From: Okamejei kenojei
Taxonomy: Eukaryota
NCBI GenBank assembly: GCA_035221665.1
Contig: CM069134.1
Coordinates: forward strand, 25,110,001 to 25,174,000
Reading direction: 5' to 3'
Length of the DNA: 64,000 bases
Numbering within the stretch: the stretch's first letter is position 1; every line of letters starts with the position of its first letter. The notes below the pieces were generated by a model that had not been told where the DNA came from, did not search any database, and worked only from the letters and a program-made list of their open reading frames with translations. Positions 37,611 through 50,500 of this stretch are shown here, piece after piece. Made by a program: the position numbers and the translations under genes.

Positions 37611-40600
37611 TCTACTTTTAACAACTGACTTAGAGCAGTCTTAACTAGTTATTTTTCATTAGCCATGTCCACTCTAATTAAAGGATTTTACTGAACCAAC
37701 TAAATATGGAATTGGTGTTTATTCATGCAAACAGTTGAACGCTGCATCAAAATCATGAACTGTTTCTGTCCTCTGGCTTTCAGCACATTGAAGACTGCAG
37801 AGGTCTAGAACCAATTTGTTCTGGTAGAACACAAACAGAACACCTCCAAGCAAGTATTGCATTTGCTGCATTATCAATAAATGCTCAACTAATGAAACTG
37901 ATAGGATGATACTGCAGATAGGGCACAAAATGCTGGAGTAACACAGCAGGGTCATGCCGCATCTCTGGAGAAAATCATAGTGTGACTATCTTTGGTTGAG
38001 AAATCTCTGCAGACTCGACCAGAAACGTCACCTATTAATTTTCTCCAGAGATGATGTCTGTACCCGCTGAGTTACACCAACATTTTGTGTCTATCTTCTG
38101 TGTAAACAAGCATTTGCAGTTCCTTCCAACATATTTTGTCTGCTCCAAGGTGAATTCTGCTCAAGGTATGGAGTATGAACAAGGGTCTCAACCCGAAATG
38201 TCACCTATTCATTTTCTCCAGAGATGCTGCTTTACCCATTGAGTTACTCAAGCACTTTGTGTCCATCTTCTGATAGGATGGTAAATAGTTTGGTCAATTT
38301 TATGTTTTTCTTTGTCAGTAGATCCAACTGAGAAAATCACCATATTGAATAGGCATCATTGTCATGAGTATACAAAGGATGGAGAAGGCTCTACTTTAGG
38401 AAGGGCAACTTGTTGTACCACGGATAAAAGGCGTGTCTCTCAAACCACAGCTAAATACTATGTCCAGTGTTAATATCCATACATACAATCATAAATAGAT
38501 TTGAAACAATCATTGCTTGAGCTAAACAATAATTCAATTCAGATCAAGTTGAGAAGCTCTTTTCAAATAGTCATAAGAATTCGGACAATTACAAATGGAG
38601 GATGTCAGTCCACTATCGACTTGTTCTCATACCTCTGAGGAACAGCAATGCAAGTTAGTATCCACTGCCCCATCACTTCTTGCACCATCACATGTCTTTT
38701 TTATTTCTGCTTTAGGCCACACAATCTTTTTGGAGGAAGATTTACAAATATCAATTTATACAGCTGTCTCATAACTCACTAGGGGCTTTGACCAAAAAAA
38801 CCCTGCTAAAAAATATATTTTACCTATATTGTTTTTCTTTGCAAACCACTGTAAGATTGATTGAGGATGTAATTATATTGCTAGGTTTACAGTTACACCA
38901 CATCATTCAATGAAGCATTTTGTTCCATCTCTTGAGTACACGTTGTATCACTCAGTCAGCACATAGCATGAAGCCTGAGCCATGTGGAGTAAACACATGA
39001 GCCAGATATCTGAATGGGAAAATTTAAGTAACAAACAGCACTCTGGCAAACAACAGGACATAACACCTATCAGTTTTCACAGTTTTATCTTACAAATCCA
39101 CACAACAGGATCCATCACAGGAAAACAGAGAAAGAGAAAACTACCAAGAAGGAAACAAAACAAAGAGCGTGACAAGACAGAAATTAAGCGTGGAGGTGCA
39201 AGAGGGAAAAATAAGGACGCTCACACCACTTGATAAATAGGGGTGTAAATCAAACTATACAAATGTGGATTTTTTTTTAACCACAAATACTCAATTCCGT
39301 CAGTTATATGCTACATGAGATTATGTCAAGAAGCATTAAGGATTGAGTTATTTCTGCAAGCTGTGCATTCTGCATGAAAAATATCTGTTATAACGCATTT
39401 CACTGCCAAAACGAGGTCAGCCTGGGCAACTTCTTTCTCTGATAGTATTTGCTAGATTTTTTAATGCATGACTTTATTATTCATGACAGGGATATCACAT
39501 AGCCTATAATTTATATCACTACTTTATTAATTTGTTTTACAAGCAAGATGTGTTTCTCCCACATAAACGAGAATGAGCATGAAATTACATTTAAAAAAAC
39601 TTAAGTCCCATTCAATCTACGAGGGCATAATTTGTCACTATGCACTATAACGAAATCATTTGTTTATCACCAATTGAATATGCAATGTGTTTATTTCTGA
39701 AGCTTTTGAATGTATTCAAACTCTGAGTAGAGGGATAATACTTTTCCAGAAGCTTGGGAGGACAAATTTAATCATTTGCTTTAAAACTGGTTTCACGTTC
39801 TTTAATTTGCAGCAGCGCTCCCCATCCCCTTACCAAGCATGTTACCTGGCTTTGTAAAGAGTTGCCACAAACATTTCTCAACTATCAGCTGGAAAACCAA
39901 AAAGGCATGAACACACAAATGCGCGACCAGTATTTCTCAGAACGATATATACAATTCATTTTTTTTTTTTTTTTTTTTTTTTTTTTCTCAACCAGAGATT
40001 TTGACATTTCAATGATGCAAGAATACTAAGATATGTGCAAGTCAGGATGCATTCCACTTGATTGAGAACATGAAGATGGAAGATCTCTTGGCACAATTTT
40101 GCCCTGGTTTTTCTGGGGGGGGGAGGGGGGGGGGGACACGACTGCATTTCTTAGACAATAAATCCAGCATTTTAAGCCTCTCCAAATATCTACATTTTTA
40201 TTTCCAAAAAAAAAAATCTCATGGTCCTCTATCAACTGTTACTATAAATATAATTTAAAATTTATCACTTGGTTACAATGGTCAAAGTAAACTAGCAGAA
40301 GATAATTTCCTTAATAATTCATCTTCTGCACCAATTAGGGAAGCAAGTGAACTTCAAAAATATTATCTGAGAAATTATACCCAGTTTCTTTCACTCCCAG
40401 CATTTGATGTGCTCCACAAAGTATTAGCTGAAGGATTGGTCAAATGAAGAAAGGTATTATTACCACATTAACTATTTCTGGCCCAGTTCAAAAAATGGTT
40501 TGCTATTGTTATTTGGCTCGTGATTTTAGCATGAGACTCCACTCGGGATCCTCATTCAGTGGCTGGTATTCTTCTGGTAGGCGGATATGAAAATAAATGA

Positions 40601-41614
40601 AACCCTAATTCTACAAAGTTCATACTGGTACTCATGAATGTAGAGAGACATTCAAGTTCGAGTGCCGTGTCAGATGTTCTGCCTAAATCCTGTTTAAGGG
40701 TAGAGTAAAGCAGAAATAATTTACAACAATGGCCACACATTTTACAGATGAATATAAAGAAAATGATTTAGATTTGACATTGTAGAGGGGGGGGGGGGGG
40801 GGGCAGTAAATAAATGTTTACTGACTTCAAGCATGATTTCAAGATGTCTAACTACATATATTGCACACCCAGCTACTGGGACAAGAAACAAGACTGGCTG
40901 GTTTCAGCAAAGTAATTGTACTTTAGTCAGTTATGTGGTGAATGAAACATGGTGTTTATTAGGAGCTATGGTGAATTATTTAGTATCATATTTCATTTGA
41001 GCAGGACATAATCATTTTTTACTGCTGCCTATATATTTTGTGCTGCTAATGGGTATTGCAGCTCAGTGATAATATAATGAGCCTGGAAGTCCAGAGTTTT
41101 GGATTAATGATCCAGATACATTAATTCATAATCTCATCAAAGAGCCAGGGAAATTCCAAAAATGAACTAAAATTATGGAATAAAAAGTTGATATTGTAGA
41201 TGAAACTATTAATTGTCATAAAAATCTACCCTGTTCACTTCTCTCCATTAAGCGCGGCAATATATTGTCCTTACATTACTTTACATGACTCCAAACCTAC
41301 ACCAATGTGATTTAAATATAATTGTACTCTGAAATGTCCTGCCAAATGAGTAATCCTACGCACTACAAACAATGAAAAAAAGAAGAGGACAGGCCACACA
41401 GCAACAACCTGTAAATTTGATGTGGCAAAGACATGCTCAGCATGTGGGGCCGGCCAAGGTCCTCCTCCTAGAATGTGGTAAACCGTGTACGACTATTGGA
41501 GAGAAGCTTTTCTTCGACATATTAGTAGTTAAGCAATTCAACTGTGATTTACAGTCAATGTTCCATGATCAGAGACCAATCCAGACCTACATTAGGACCC
41601 ACCCCCCCCAAAAG

Positions 41615-42106
41615 TGTTCAGAACTGAAGTAAGGAGTGACACAACACAAATGCCGGGCAGATTCCCTTTACAGAGTTTAATCAGGTCCAAGTGCCCATAA
41701 CACAGGTAAGCTAAACACTGAAGTAACAGTAATGTTCTAGGAGCAGGCAAAAACCAGTGAGTTCGAAAAACAGGCCATGGTCGAGTATTACAAAGTCACA
41801 ATATTTCTAGAGCTGGAACCAAAGGTGAATACCAGGGTAGTCAATACACAACCAAACTCGGCACAAGAAACCTAAAACACAAAGGTTTTAAAATACAGAC
41901 TTAACATGGGATTAACAACGAGACCACAGGTGAAACACATCAGGGCAGGGTTCAACAATCACATGAGGGTAAACGACCTGACAGTAAATGGCCCTGAAAC
42001 AAGAGGAGATGTGAGGCACCAAAAATAAAACAAGAATGGCAAACGCAAATACTCAAAACAATATTAGGACTGCAGAAACTAGATTATTAAACGCGAAGAC
42101 CCGACA
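41615..42106 (-). repeat. 3' LTR
   Basis: Shares blocks with 46997-47527: ACAAAGTCACAATATT, AAAACACAAAGG, CACAGGTGAA, TGGCCCT.AAACAAGAGGA, AAATACTCAAAAC, ATTAAACGCG. Confidence 0.85.
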
Positions 42107-45100
42107 GTACCTACCCCCCCCTCCACGGAGGCCGGCTTCTGATCGGCCAGGGATCGTCAGGATTTGCGCCGATATTCCCTGATAAGTAAGTCATGGGTTT
42201 GCATATATTAGCGAGCCAGCACCCAGACCGCTCCTCCTGGCAGGTCGTGGCATAATCCCTCCAATCCAACAAGATACCGACAACCACGACACAGCGCATC
42301 CCGCAGCAATCGGGCAGCTACCGTAAATCACTGGACCCCCTCAACGATTCCGGGGGTCGGGTGAGGGGGTTGTGGAGGCAGGACAAGGAAGGAAACTCTC
42401 CTTAACTGCTTCAGTCGGGAGACATTGAAAGGGGGGGACCCTCATCGGCATGTAGGAGTCTGAGACGAACCGCCACGCGGGGTGAGGGATTGTATGACCT
42501 TCGACATCTTAAATTGACCAACCTAAACGAGAGAGAGCCAGCTTCCAGGATTCCATCTTAGAGGCAAGTCTTGAGTGGAGAACACACCTTTTGTTCTCGG
42601 CAAGTTACTTGGAGGCCGGTGTTCTTCCACGATCAGCCACCCTCTTTAACGCGCAGATAACTTCGCAACTGCATCCTGAAGCAGCCCCACTTCCAAACCT
42701 TGCAACATGCGAACGCCCCCCATGACGGATGAAGAGCCTGAGCAAAGGCACACAGGGACTTTCCACAGCAGAACAATGGGCGGTGATAACCAAGGCACAC
42801 TTGAATAAGATAGTACCCGGAGGAGGATATTGGATACACGTAATTTGTGTGCATACTCCCACCCAAATAAAAAAGCGTTTGCGCTTACAGTAATAAGGAC
42901 AAAAAGATTACGTGCCCACCCCCCCCCGAACAAGCACGCAGTCCTGGTTCATCCAATTCTCTGTAAAATGCATTCATTTGTCCACATTGGATTCCGGCTG
43001 TGCATAACCAGATGCAAGTCTGGAACCGTGAGGCAAACTCTCTTCCAAACTGACACGAACTGAGGCCCCCGGTCAAGACCACAATGTCTCTGGGAAATTC
43101 ACTGAATTCCGAAAAACATGAAGACAACATTGACCCTCTGCCTTTCTGTGGGGAGGGAAGCTTGTGGCAACGGAATGGAAATAAATGACCATCTAAACAA
43201 ACTCCTCCACAGTCATGATGATTTGTGGTGGTGTTTCCTTCATGTAGAGGGCAGGCCCAGACAAAGTCCATTGAGATCTCTGAATCCAGGGTGGCTGTGA
43301 GGGGACAGGCAGCGGATTCAGTAGGCCAAAGGAGGGGCGAAAAAATCTGCGCGCTGAGTCCTTTGTTTTTATTCTGTGGCACAAATAACTCAGGCATAAA
43401 TACTCTAAGCCCCTTCACCCATGGAAGGTCAACCCCTAAAACGCATTTTGGCCACAAAACAGGGTGACAGGAGATCAATAAGTACGAGAGCCAAAGTTGA
43501 ATTCCCTGTGAACGAACGAGAGACTCTCGGGAACAAACTGAGATTAGAAGACACCATAATGGAGACTAACACCAACAGTAGCGGGTTGATTATCTTCGAA
43601 AAAACTTCCTTCAAACTCCCAGAAACCGCCCCAACATGCCAGGAATCATGGCAGGAATTTGAGTTGAAAACACTATGACGGGTTCATGATCAAAACTGTC
43701 TGGAGGAGAGTTAGCATAGGTTTGCCATTCTTGGCACCACAGCGGTTAAGATAGTTAACAAAATCAAATCTATTAAAGAAGAGAAAGCCCAGGCCATCTC
43801 CAGCTTTGGCCGCGGAGTTGGAGGCGTTATGGTGACGATGTTTTCCCAGTGTCTTGGGGTCTGTCCAAACTTAGATACGCTGCATTGGCTACTCCAACCA
43901 ACATGTTGCTCCCTTCCTCCTGCTTTAAAATTTAAATACGCCTAACAGTTCACGGTTACCCCCACCATCAAAATTTCTCTCGCAGCAAAAAACTTTCTTG
44001 AGATGAAAGCGCGAGGGATGTGTCGACGAGTTGTGTGGATCTCGGAGAGAGTACGGGCCACGATGCCACCGAGGCATCCCCTCAACTACAATCAACGGAG
44101 AGAGGGCAAGTGTGAACCATAGGGGGCTTGAGAGAAAGCAGAAGCTCTTTGTGTCTCATAAATGCAGTGTTGCTAGGGGGACCAAGAGAGATAATGCATG
44201 TGGGAGGTAGGTGAGAAGCATTGGAGTGGTGTGCTCAATAACCACTAAAGTGTCCTGGATAATACTTCCAATATAAAAAATTAGCAAACCCAAGGAACGC
44301 CCTGGAAGAGAGTTAATACGACTGGAGGGTGTAAGGTGGCACACAGCACAGCACTACCTTGCCGGGCCATCACTGTATCCTCAGGTGACACCAACATTAA
44401 CCAGGAAAATAAATTGAACAGTGTTTAACATGAAATTCACATTTTTCATTTTTTCAGCACATAACAACAAACAGATCTCAATTTCGAGATCAATCTTCCA
44501 GCACCTGGAGTGTATCATCTTCACATTGAAGTTTCATCAACGGAGAAAAAAAAATCAAAATGTATCATCAGGTTTACACAAAACAAAATTGTTCAGAAAG
44601 TCCTGTAATACAAATCGTTCCCCATGGCCTTTAGGAAATCGGCAGGAGAGCATCAAGAGACCAAACTCATGATCCGATTATTCAATGACCACTGGGTGTG
44701 TTAAAAATCAGTTGTTTCCTATACATCATCCCTTTTCTCCGGTCTTATCCTTACCAGAATGAAAGCATTTCCTAAGATCTACACTTCCTGAAAAATTTTA
44801 CATCATTTTTAACCAGTTCAAATGCTGATGAGATAAGAGGAGAGTGATCTGTTCTTAACAGTAAATGTCATTGCGTGCTCCTCTGGTAGTCAATGGCCTA
44901 AGGTTGGAAGCTTTCAAATTCTTATCACAAAGAACTTTAATCCAAGCTCCTGCCAGGGAAGGAGGAAGCGTCTGATGTGTGGTCCCACATCAAGGGCATC
45001 TCCTAATGTCATTGCTCCATTGGAGCCGCCAGATAAGACAAGGAATAAAGACAACCATAGGAGGCTCTGTAACCTGCAGAAGGTTAATGACAGTCGTACG

Positions 45101-46996
45101 TCCTATGCGGTGTTTAGAGAGTGCCTTGGCCTTCGTTGAACAATCTCCTTTTAGGTCAGATAACCGATGGGTACAACCTGGTGAGATCTGGAAAATCCCC
45201 CACTTAGAAACAGGCTGCGCAGAGGTGGTCCTTTAAGATCCCCCAGCAAACTGGTCCTCGTCATGGATTCCATTACAATAGAACTCAGGGGGGGGTGTGG
45301 AGGGGGGTGGGGGGGAGGAGTATCATGTTGGTAGAATATTTTAGAAACAGTTATATACCCCAATAAATTACTTCCCCTACCCCCAGTTCAGTGAGGGTTT
45401 ATGTAAGACCAGCCAGGAGCCCCAAAACCAGAGGATATGAGAATAACAGTGATGGAGATGAAAAACTGATGGACTCCTCATGATTACCTGCCACGATTAG
45501 TTGAACAGTTTGAGTCCCGGTAGAATCTTATACCCTTACATAGGCAACCCCTCCATGCACTACTACCTCAGAGGATCACATTGAAGCTCACGTTCCGCTT
45601 CATCATCTAGCCAAATGCGAAAGATTCCATGACTTCTCGATCTGCCCCAATCTAAACCAAATCCTCAGGGGGAGGGCGGCCTAGTGCCACTGGGAATGAG
45701 GGGGGGGGGAAAAATAACCAACAAACAATTGGTACAGTTGTAAGGTTGATAAAGGAATGGCTGGATCATGGTAGTGTACACACCATATGTCCTCTTGTCA
45801 TGTGAGCCTTGTCTTTTTACTGAACAAGTTTTCAAAACAAAAGTCCCGTTCTCCACATAGCAACACCCCACCAGCTCCCCACCCATCCCTTAGGCGGCGC
45901 TGCCGTTCCACTCCGCTGAAGTTTGGCCTCGTCCCCAGGCACGGGTTCCTTCTAAGACAGTGGCACTTAGCACTGGGACCTGCCGCAGAGAGGACGAAGT
46001 CCCGACTGGGAATGCGAAAGGGCGACGCTGCTTCCCCACTTTGTGGAGGAGGACCACCCCTTACTGCCACCGATCTTCCTCTCTCTCTCTCTCTCTGCCT
46101 CTCTAGCATTCAATCTGGACATCCAGTAACAAATCATTGGACGTGACAGTTGGAAGGCAGGGTTAGTGGATCCAACTGATCCTTGATGCTTCAGGACATC
46201 CATTGCGAAAAAGCAAGCATCCAAACAAATGCAACTTCAAACATCCACTCCTTAGCATCAGCATCAGTTGAAATTCAAGACCAAATATCCTAACTGCGCA
46301 AATACCTTGTTTCATTGGAGACCATGCTCATATAATCCCCCCCTCGGCCGAGATTGAGTGATTCAAATTGAGCGGACAGTGTTCCCCTATGAACAGGGGA
46401 CGACGACGATCTGCAACCAGAGAATCCCAGACCAAGGGGCCACAACTGGCCAATCCGTCCCGCTCTCTACACCAACAGGTGCGTGAAGATAAAAAGGCTC
46501 CCATTTGGAGCGTTCTGATGTAAAGGAAGCTGCTGAAGTACAAAATGGCATCACCCACCACTGTAATCCAAGTGTCTACTACCACCTTCTCGATTCCTCC
46601 TGCAAAAATTTGTTCCAGTCTGTGCCAGGTGGACGAATGGGACATCGCAAGCAAGCGTTTCCAAATCGGAGCCCCTGGGAGACACAGACATGAATAGACT
46701 CTCAGGCAACGTGGTGCCGCCATCAGGATACAAAAATCAATTTCCAGCAATAGCGCAGGCTGCGCGCATTCTTCCCGAGAACTAAAGTGTTCACTAAACA
46801 CTACTGTTGAACCACTGTCCCCCCTGGACCACACCTACCTGCTGACAACTGCGCCAAGAGACCCGAACCGGGCGACGATCAAGAAGTTCAAGGTGATTAA
46901 ACCCCTCATAATCGTGATGCACTCCTCTACTTCTACGAGTTGCATGCAACAAAAAAGGATCAAGAGTCCATCTGAGTTCCATTTTGGCATTCGTAC

Positions 46997-47527
46997 TGTC
47001 AGAACAGAACAAGGAGGAGGTACCATAATCAGGCTCAGACAATATGGGGCAGATAACCATAATCTGAGTTTAGTGGTCCAAGTCAAATTACAACAGGCAA
47101 ACAGCATGCTAACACAAGTACTATACCAAATTAGGAGCATTGCCCAAAAACACGAGGGTCCCCGAAAAACTGGTTCATGGTTGAGTACACAAAGTCACAA
47201 TATTACTAGATCTTGACCAAGGTGATACCAGGTGCATAGCATACACAACGGAAACTGGCAAAGAAACATAAAACACAAAGGCTTAAATACATGACTTAAC
47301 AAGGGGATAACGATACATCACAGGTGAACACAGTCACGGGCCCCACCCCCCCCGCGGGTCACAACAATCACCATCGATAAACGACCAGACAGGATAACTG
47401 GCCCTAAACAAGAGGATGATGTGAGGCACTCAAACAAAAAAAAACAGAGAATGCTCAAACACAAAATACTCAAAACCATAAGGAACTGAAAAATACTATA
47501 GATTAAACGCGCGAGACAGACCTGACA
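46997..47527 (-). repeat. 5' LTR
   Basis: TGTCAG...CCTGACA; homologous to 41615-42106. Confidence 0.85.
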
Positions 47528-50500
47528 AACCAAATCACTGCTCCTTGATTAATAGATTTCAGAATAAATCATAAAGATAATAAGTAAATATAGGAGTAAA
47601 ATTAAGCATTCGCCCAAGTCTATGCCATCAATCATTGGTCTAACACCCATCTCTCCCTACTAACCAACCGCCCCATTTCTCCAGTCGTCTACCCATAACT
47701 CTCTGTCACACCACACGCATGGGTGTTTGGTAGGGGGGTTTTTTGGGGTATGTCTATGTCTAAAGTAAACTCAATCAACAACCACATACAGAGTAATCAA
47801 ATAAGCCTCCAACAAAGTAAAACATTAGTTTCATGTCTCAGAGGTATCTCACTCACTCTATTATTACTACATTGGGGGGGGGAGGCCACAAGGATGTTTG
47901 ACACAAGCAAGGGAGCAACTCCATTATTCCATTTTAGATGCATTAGATGTTGCCTTAAAAAGAGAGTGATGGCCAATACTGGTAAGTATAACACTGTTAA
48001 CAATAAAACTGCAAACTACAAACAATACAAAACAGAGCTTATTACCCGATTCCCGCGCCATCTTTAGAACAACTATGCAATCAAAAAATAACTTTAATGT
48101 CCTGTCCTGAATGTTCAGTCATTAAAGTATTAACACGGAGGAGGAGGAGGACTCTCCAAACCTCCAACCACCTCCACACTGGACAGGAGATCACACATAA
48201 ATTTCAAAAAGTACAGGCTGAAGCATTTTCAGCTAATCATCGGACAGAATGCTATCAATCATCTTTTTGCTCTTTCCAGGTCAAACCAACCTGATAGCCA
48301 ATGTTCATTGCAAATTCATAATATAATTCCACAAGATTTCAAGATTACGTCATACCACAATATGGACAAGACAAGTGGGCCTTGAGAATGGGAAGGATTG
48401 GGTGATCTTGCCTTCACTCAGGCAGAGATTCGTCGTATCCCTGAATATATAGCGAAAACCTGAGAACATGTTTAGCTTGGACAATGATGGTGTTTCCAAA
48501 TGGCTGTTCCGTGTGCTTCACTCTTCTATGTCGCTATATATTCTGCGAACACCCTGATATGCCGGTTAAATCCACACTGTGAACTAAACCATGCCTGACT
48601 CATAAAATGCAGAATAGAAACTAATGACCTACCTCACAACAAAATGATTACCCAACATTATTCCCGGGGGGGGGGCCAAATCCATAATTTAAAACGGATT
48701 TAAATTTTCATCAGCTTATTCTTCAAGTGTAGCAAATTCATGAACAAATATTCGGATCTATACTACTATATGGTGTAATTAATACACTCAATAATCATCT
48801 TCAACCCAATCTAAATTATTCATTTACCTTTAAGTATTCCAGAATTGTTTGAAAAGTATTACCAAATCATGGAGTGTGTATTTGAATTTTACTCATTTTC
48901 TCAGTGAAGTGTGGTGTTGTATTATTTATTAAGAGAGAGTTCTCATTTATAGCCCAAAGGATAATAAACACAATTCATGTTGTAGGAGTGACTATTAGTG
49001 TATTGCAAAGATTTGGTGACTGATGAATGTGTGGTTGGTTCATTCGATGGTGGCAGCTTCCATTTCGATGGGCAGTAGTTAAAATGTAATATTTTTTTAA
49101 GACTGCTTTCATTTCTTCCATCCAACGTAGTAGAAAGCAATTCCAATGTTCCTAATTGGTAACTAAGCTTTAGTAAAAGATGCAAAGGCTTTAAAGTAAG
49201 CGTCAGAGATGATAAACCCACACCTCCAACTACAGGAGACCTGGTCTCTGGCCTACTATTGTATCCACAATCAACCCAAAACACCATCCATTCCTTCCCT
49301 CCAGAGATGCTGCCTGTCCTGCTGAGTTACCCCAGCTTTTTGTGTCTAGGCAAAATTCAGGACATTGATAGTCAGTGACTTTGGAATAGCTAGATGTTTT
49401 CTCTTGTTCTATTTTAACATTGTCTGTGACTTATCATCCATAAGTCCACACCTGAATATTGTTCGAGTCTCGCTGCATGAAGATGTGGACTACTTATTTC
49501 CTCTCCTACAGCAATGGCCTGATCTTGTAATGTGCAATATTGGGCTACAAGAAATACAGCCCTTTTCCTATGAACAAAGTTTCTTTCAGCCGCATTCCTA
49601 TTATCTTTACTTTTACCAGGGCTCTGACACCACACTTGGTTAAATGCTATTTCGATGTCAAGAGGAGTCATTTCCACATTGTCTCTGAAATACACTTCTT
49701 TACCGGATGTTTGGAACAACATTGTAATGAGGTCTGGAACTAGGTCGAGGCAAAACCCAAACTGAACATTTCAATACAGGTTTATGAAACTAACAAGTTA
49801 AAATCAATGATGGTTGTATGGATCATGCAAAAACAATCATTTGACATGTTTTGATTCCCTGTTCAGTTCAAAAATGCCAAATTAGAATAATGCCAGAAGA
49901 GATTTTGAATTAACACCTTAAATTTAGTTTAGGTATAATCACCATCACAATTTCTACAGTATGGTGAGAAACATATTTCTTACTATGAATTTCCAATTTC
50001 TCATCAGCTGGCCAAGACCTTCATTGGAAGGATCAACATACATTTATGTTAGAGACAATGTTTGGTCCATATTGGACTATATGGTTAAATATCTTTGCTT
50101 TCTTTGAGGTCAGGAATTCAACTGGCTTTGCTGCAACGAGAAGCCTTATACTATATAAATGAATTTCTGTTTCCTTGCTCTTTCATTATGTTTTATTGTT
50201 TCACTGAATATTTAAAGATGCTTCTGGTCAGATGGAAGAAGGCTAAAATTATTTACCACACAAATGAAATTAGAGATTTCTTCCTGTCGTCTTATTCCAT
50301 TTAATCCATCCAGTACAGCTCCAATTTCTTTGTATTAGGACCAAGTCACATGAGGAAGAAAATCTGTCATTTTCAGTCAAATCAGTCATTAATGACAAGG
50401 AGCTTTGTCATTATTTATGTCTGGGCAGTACATGCATACTACGATGGCTCCTTTTTACAGTCTTGGGATTCTTGATGCTCCACGAGTATTGTCCATAAGG

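Larger units (their letters stand above)
41615..47527 (-). mobile_element. Full-length Ty3/Gypsy chromovirus-like LTR retrotransposon (sushi-like), reading frames shredded by indels
   Basis: Two homologous LTRs (41615-42106, 46997-47527, TG...CA) and a PPT complement (C-run) at ~42111-42125. Minus-strand motif remnants: RT (DLRNA..RI ~44750, FNTPSGH ~44690), integrase (ISMDFV ~43270, SNGQ-like ~42985) and chromodomain (L.DW..Y..EERS.V ~42200-42285). Confidence 0.85.

Noticed and set aside
29986-40803. Long homopolymers (C at ~29986-30014, T at ~39959-39987, G at ~40786-40803)
   Set aside because: Simple runs with uncertain assembled length and no evidence of function.
41060-41350. Possible tRNA gene
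   Set aside because: Decayed SINE-like head with no intact cloverleaf.
42600-47220. Many short ORFs on both strands suggesting a gene cluster
   Set aside because: They are fragments and antisense frames of an indel-ridden Gypsy gag-pol.
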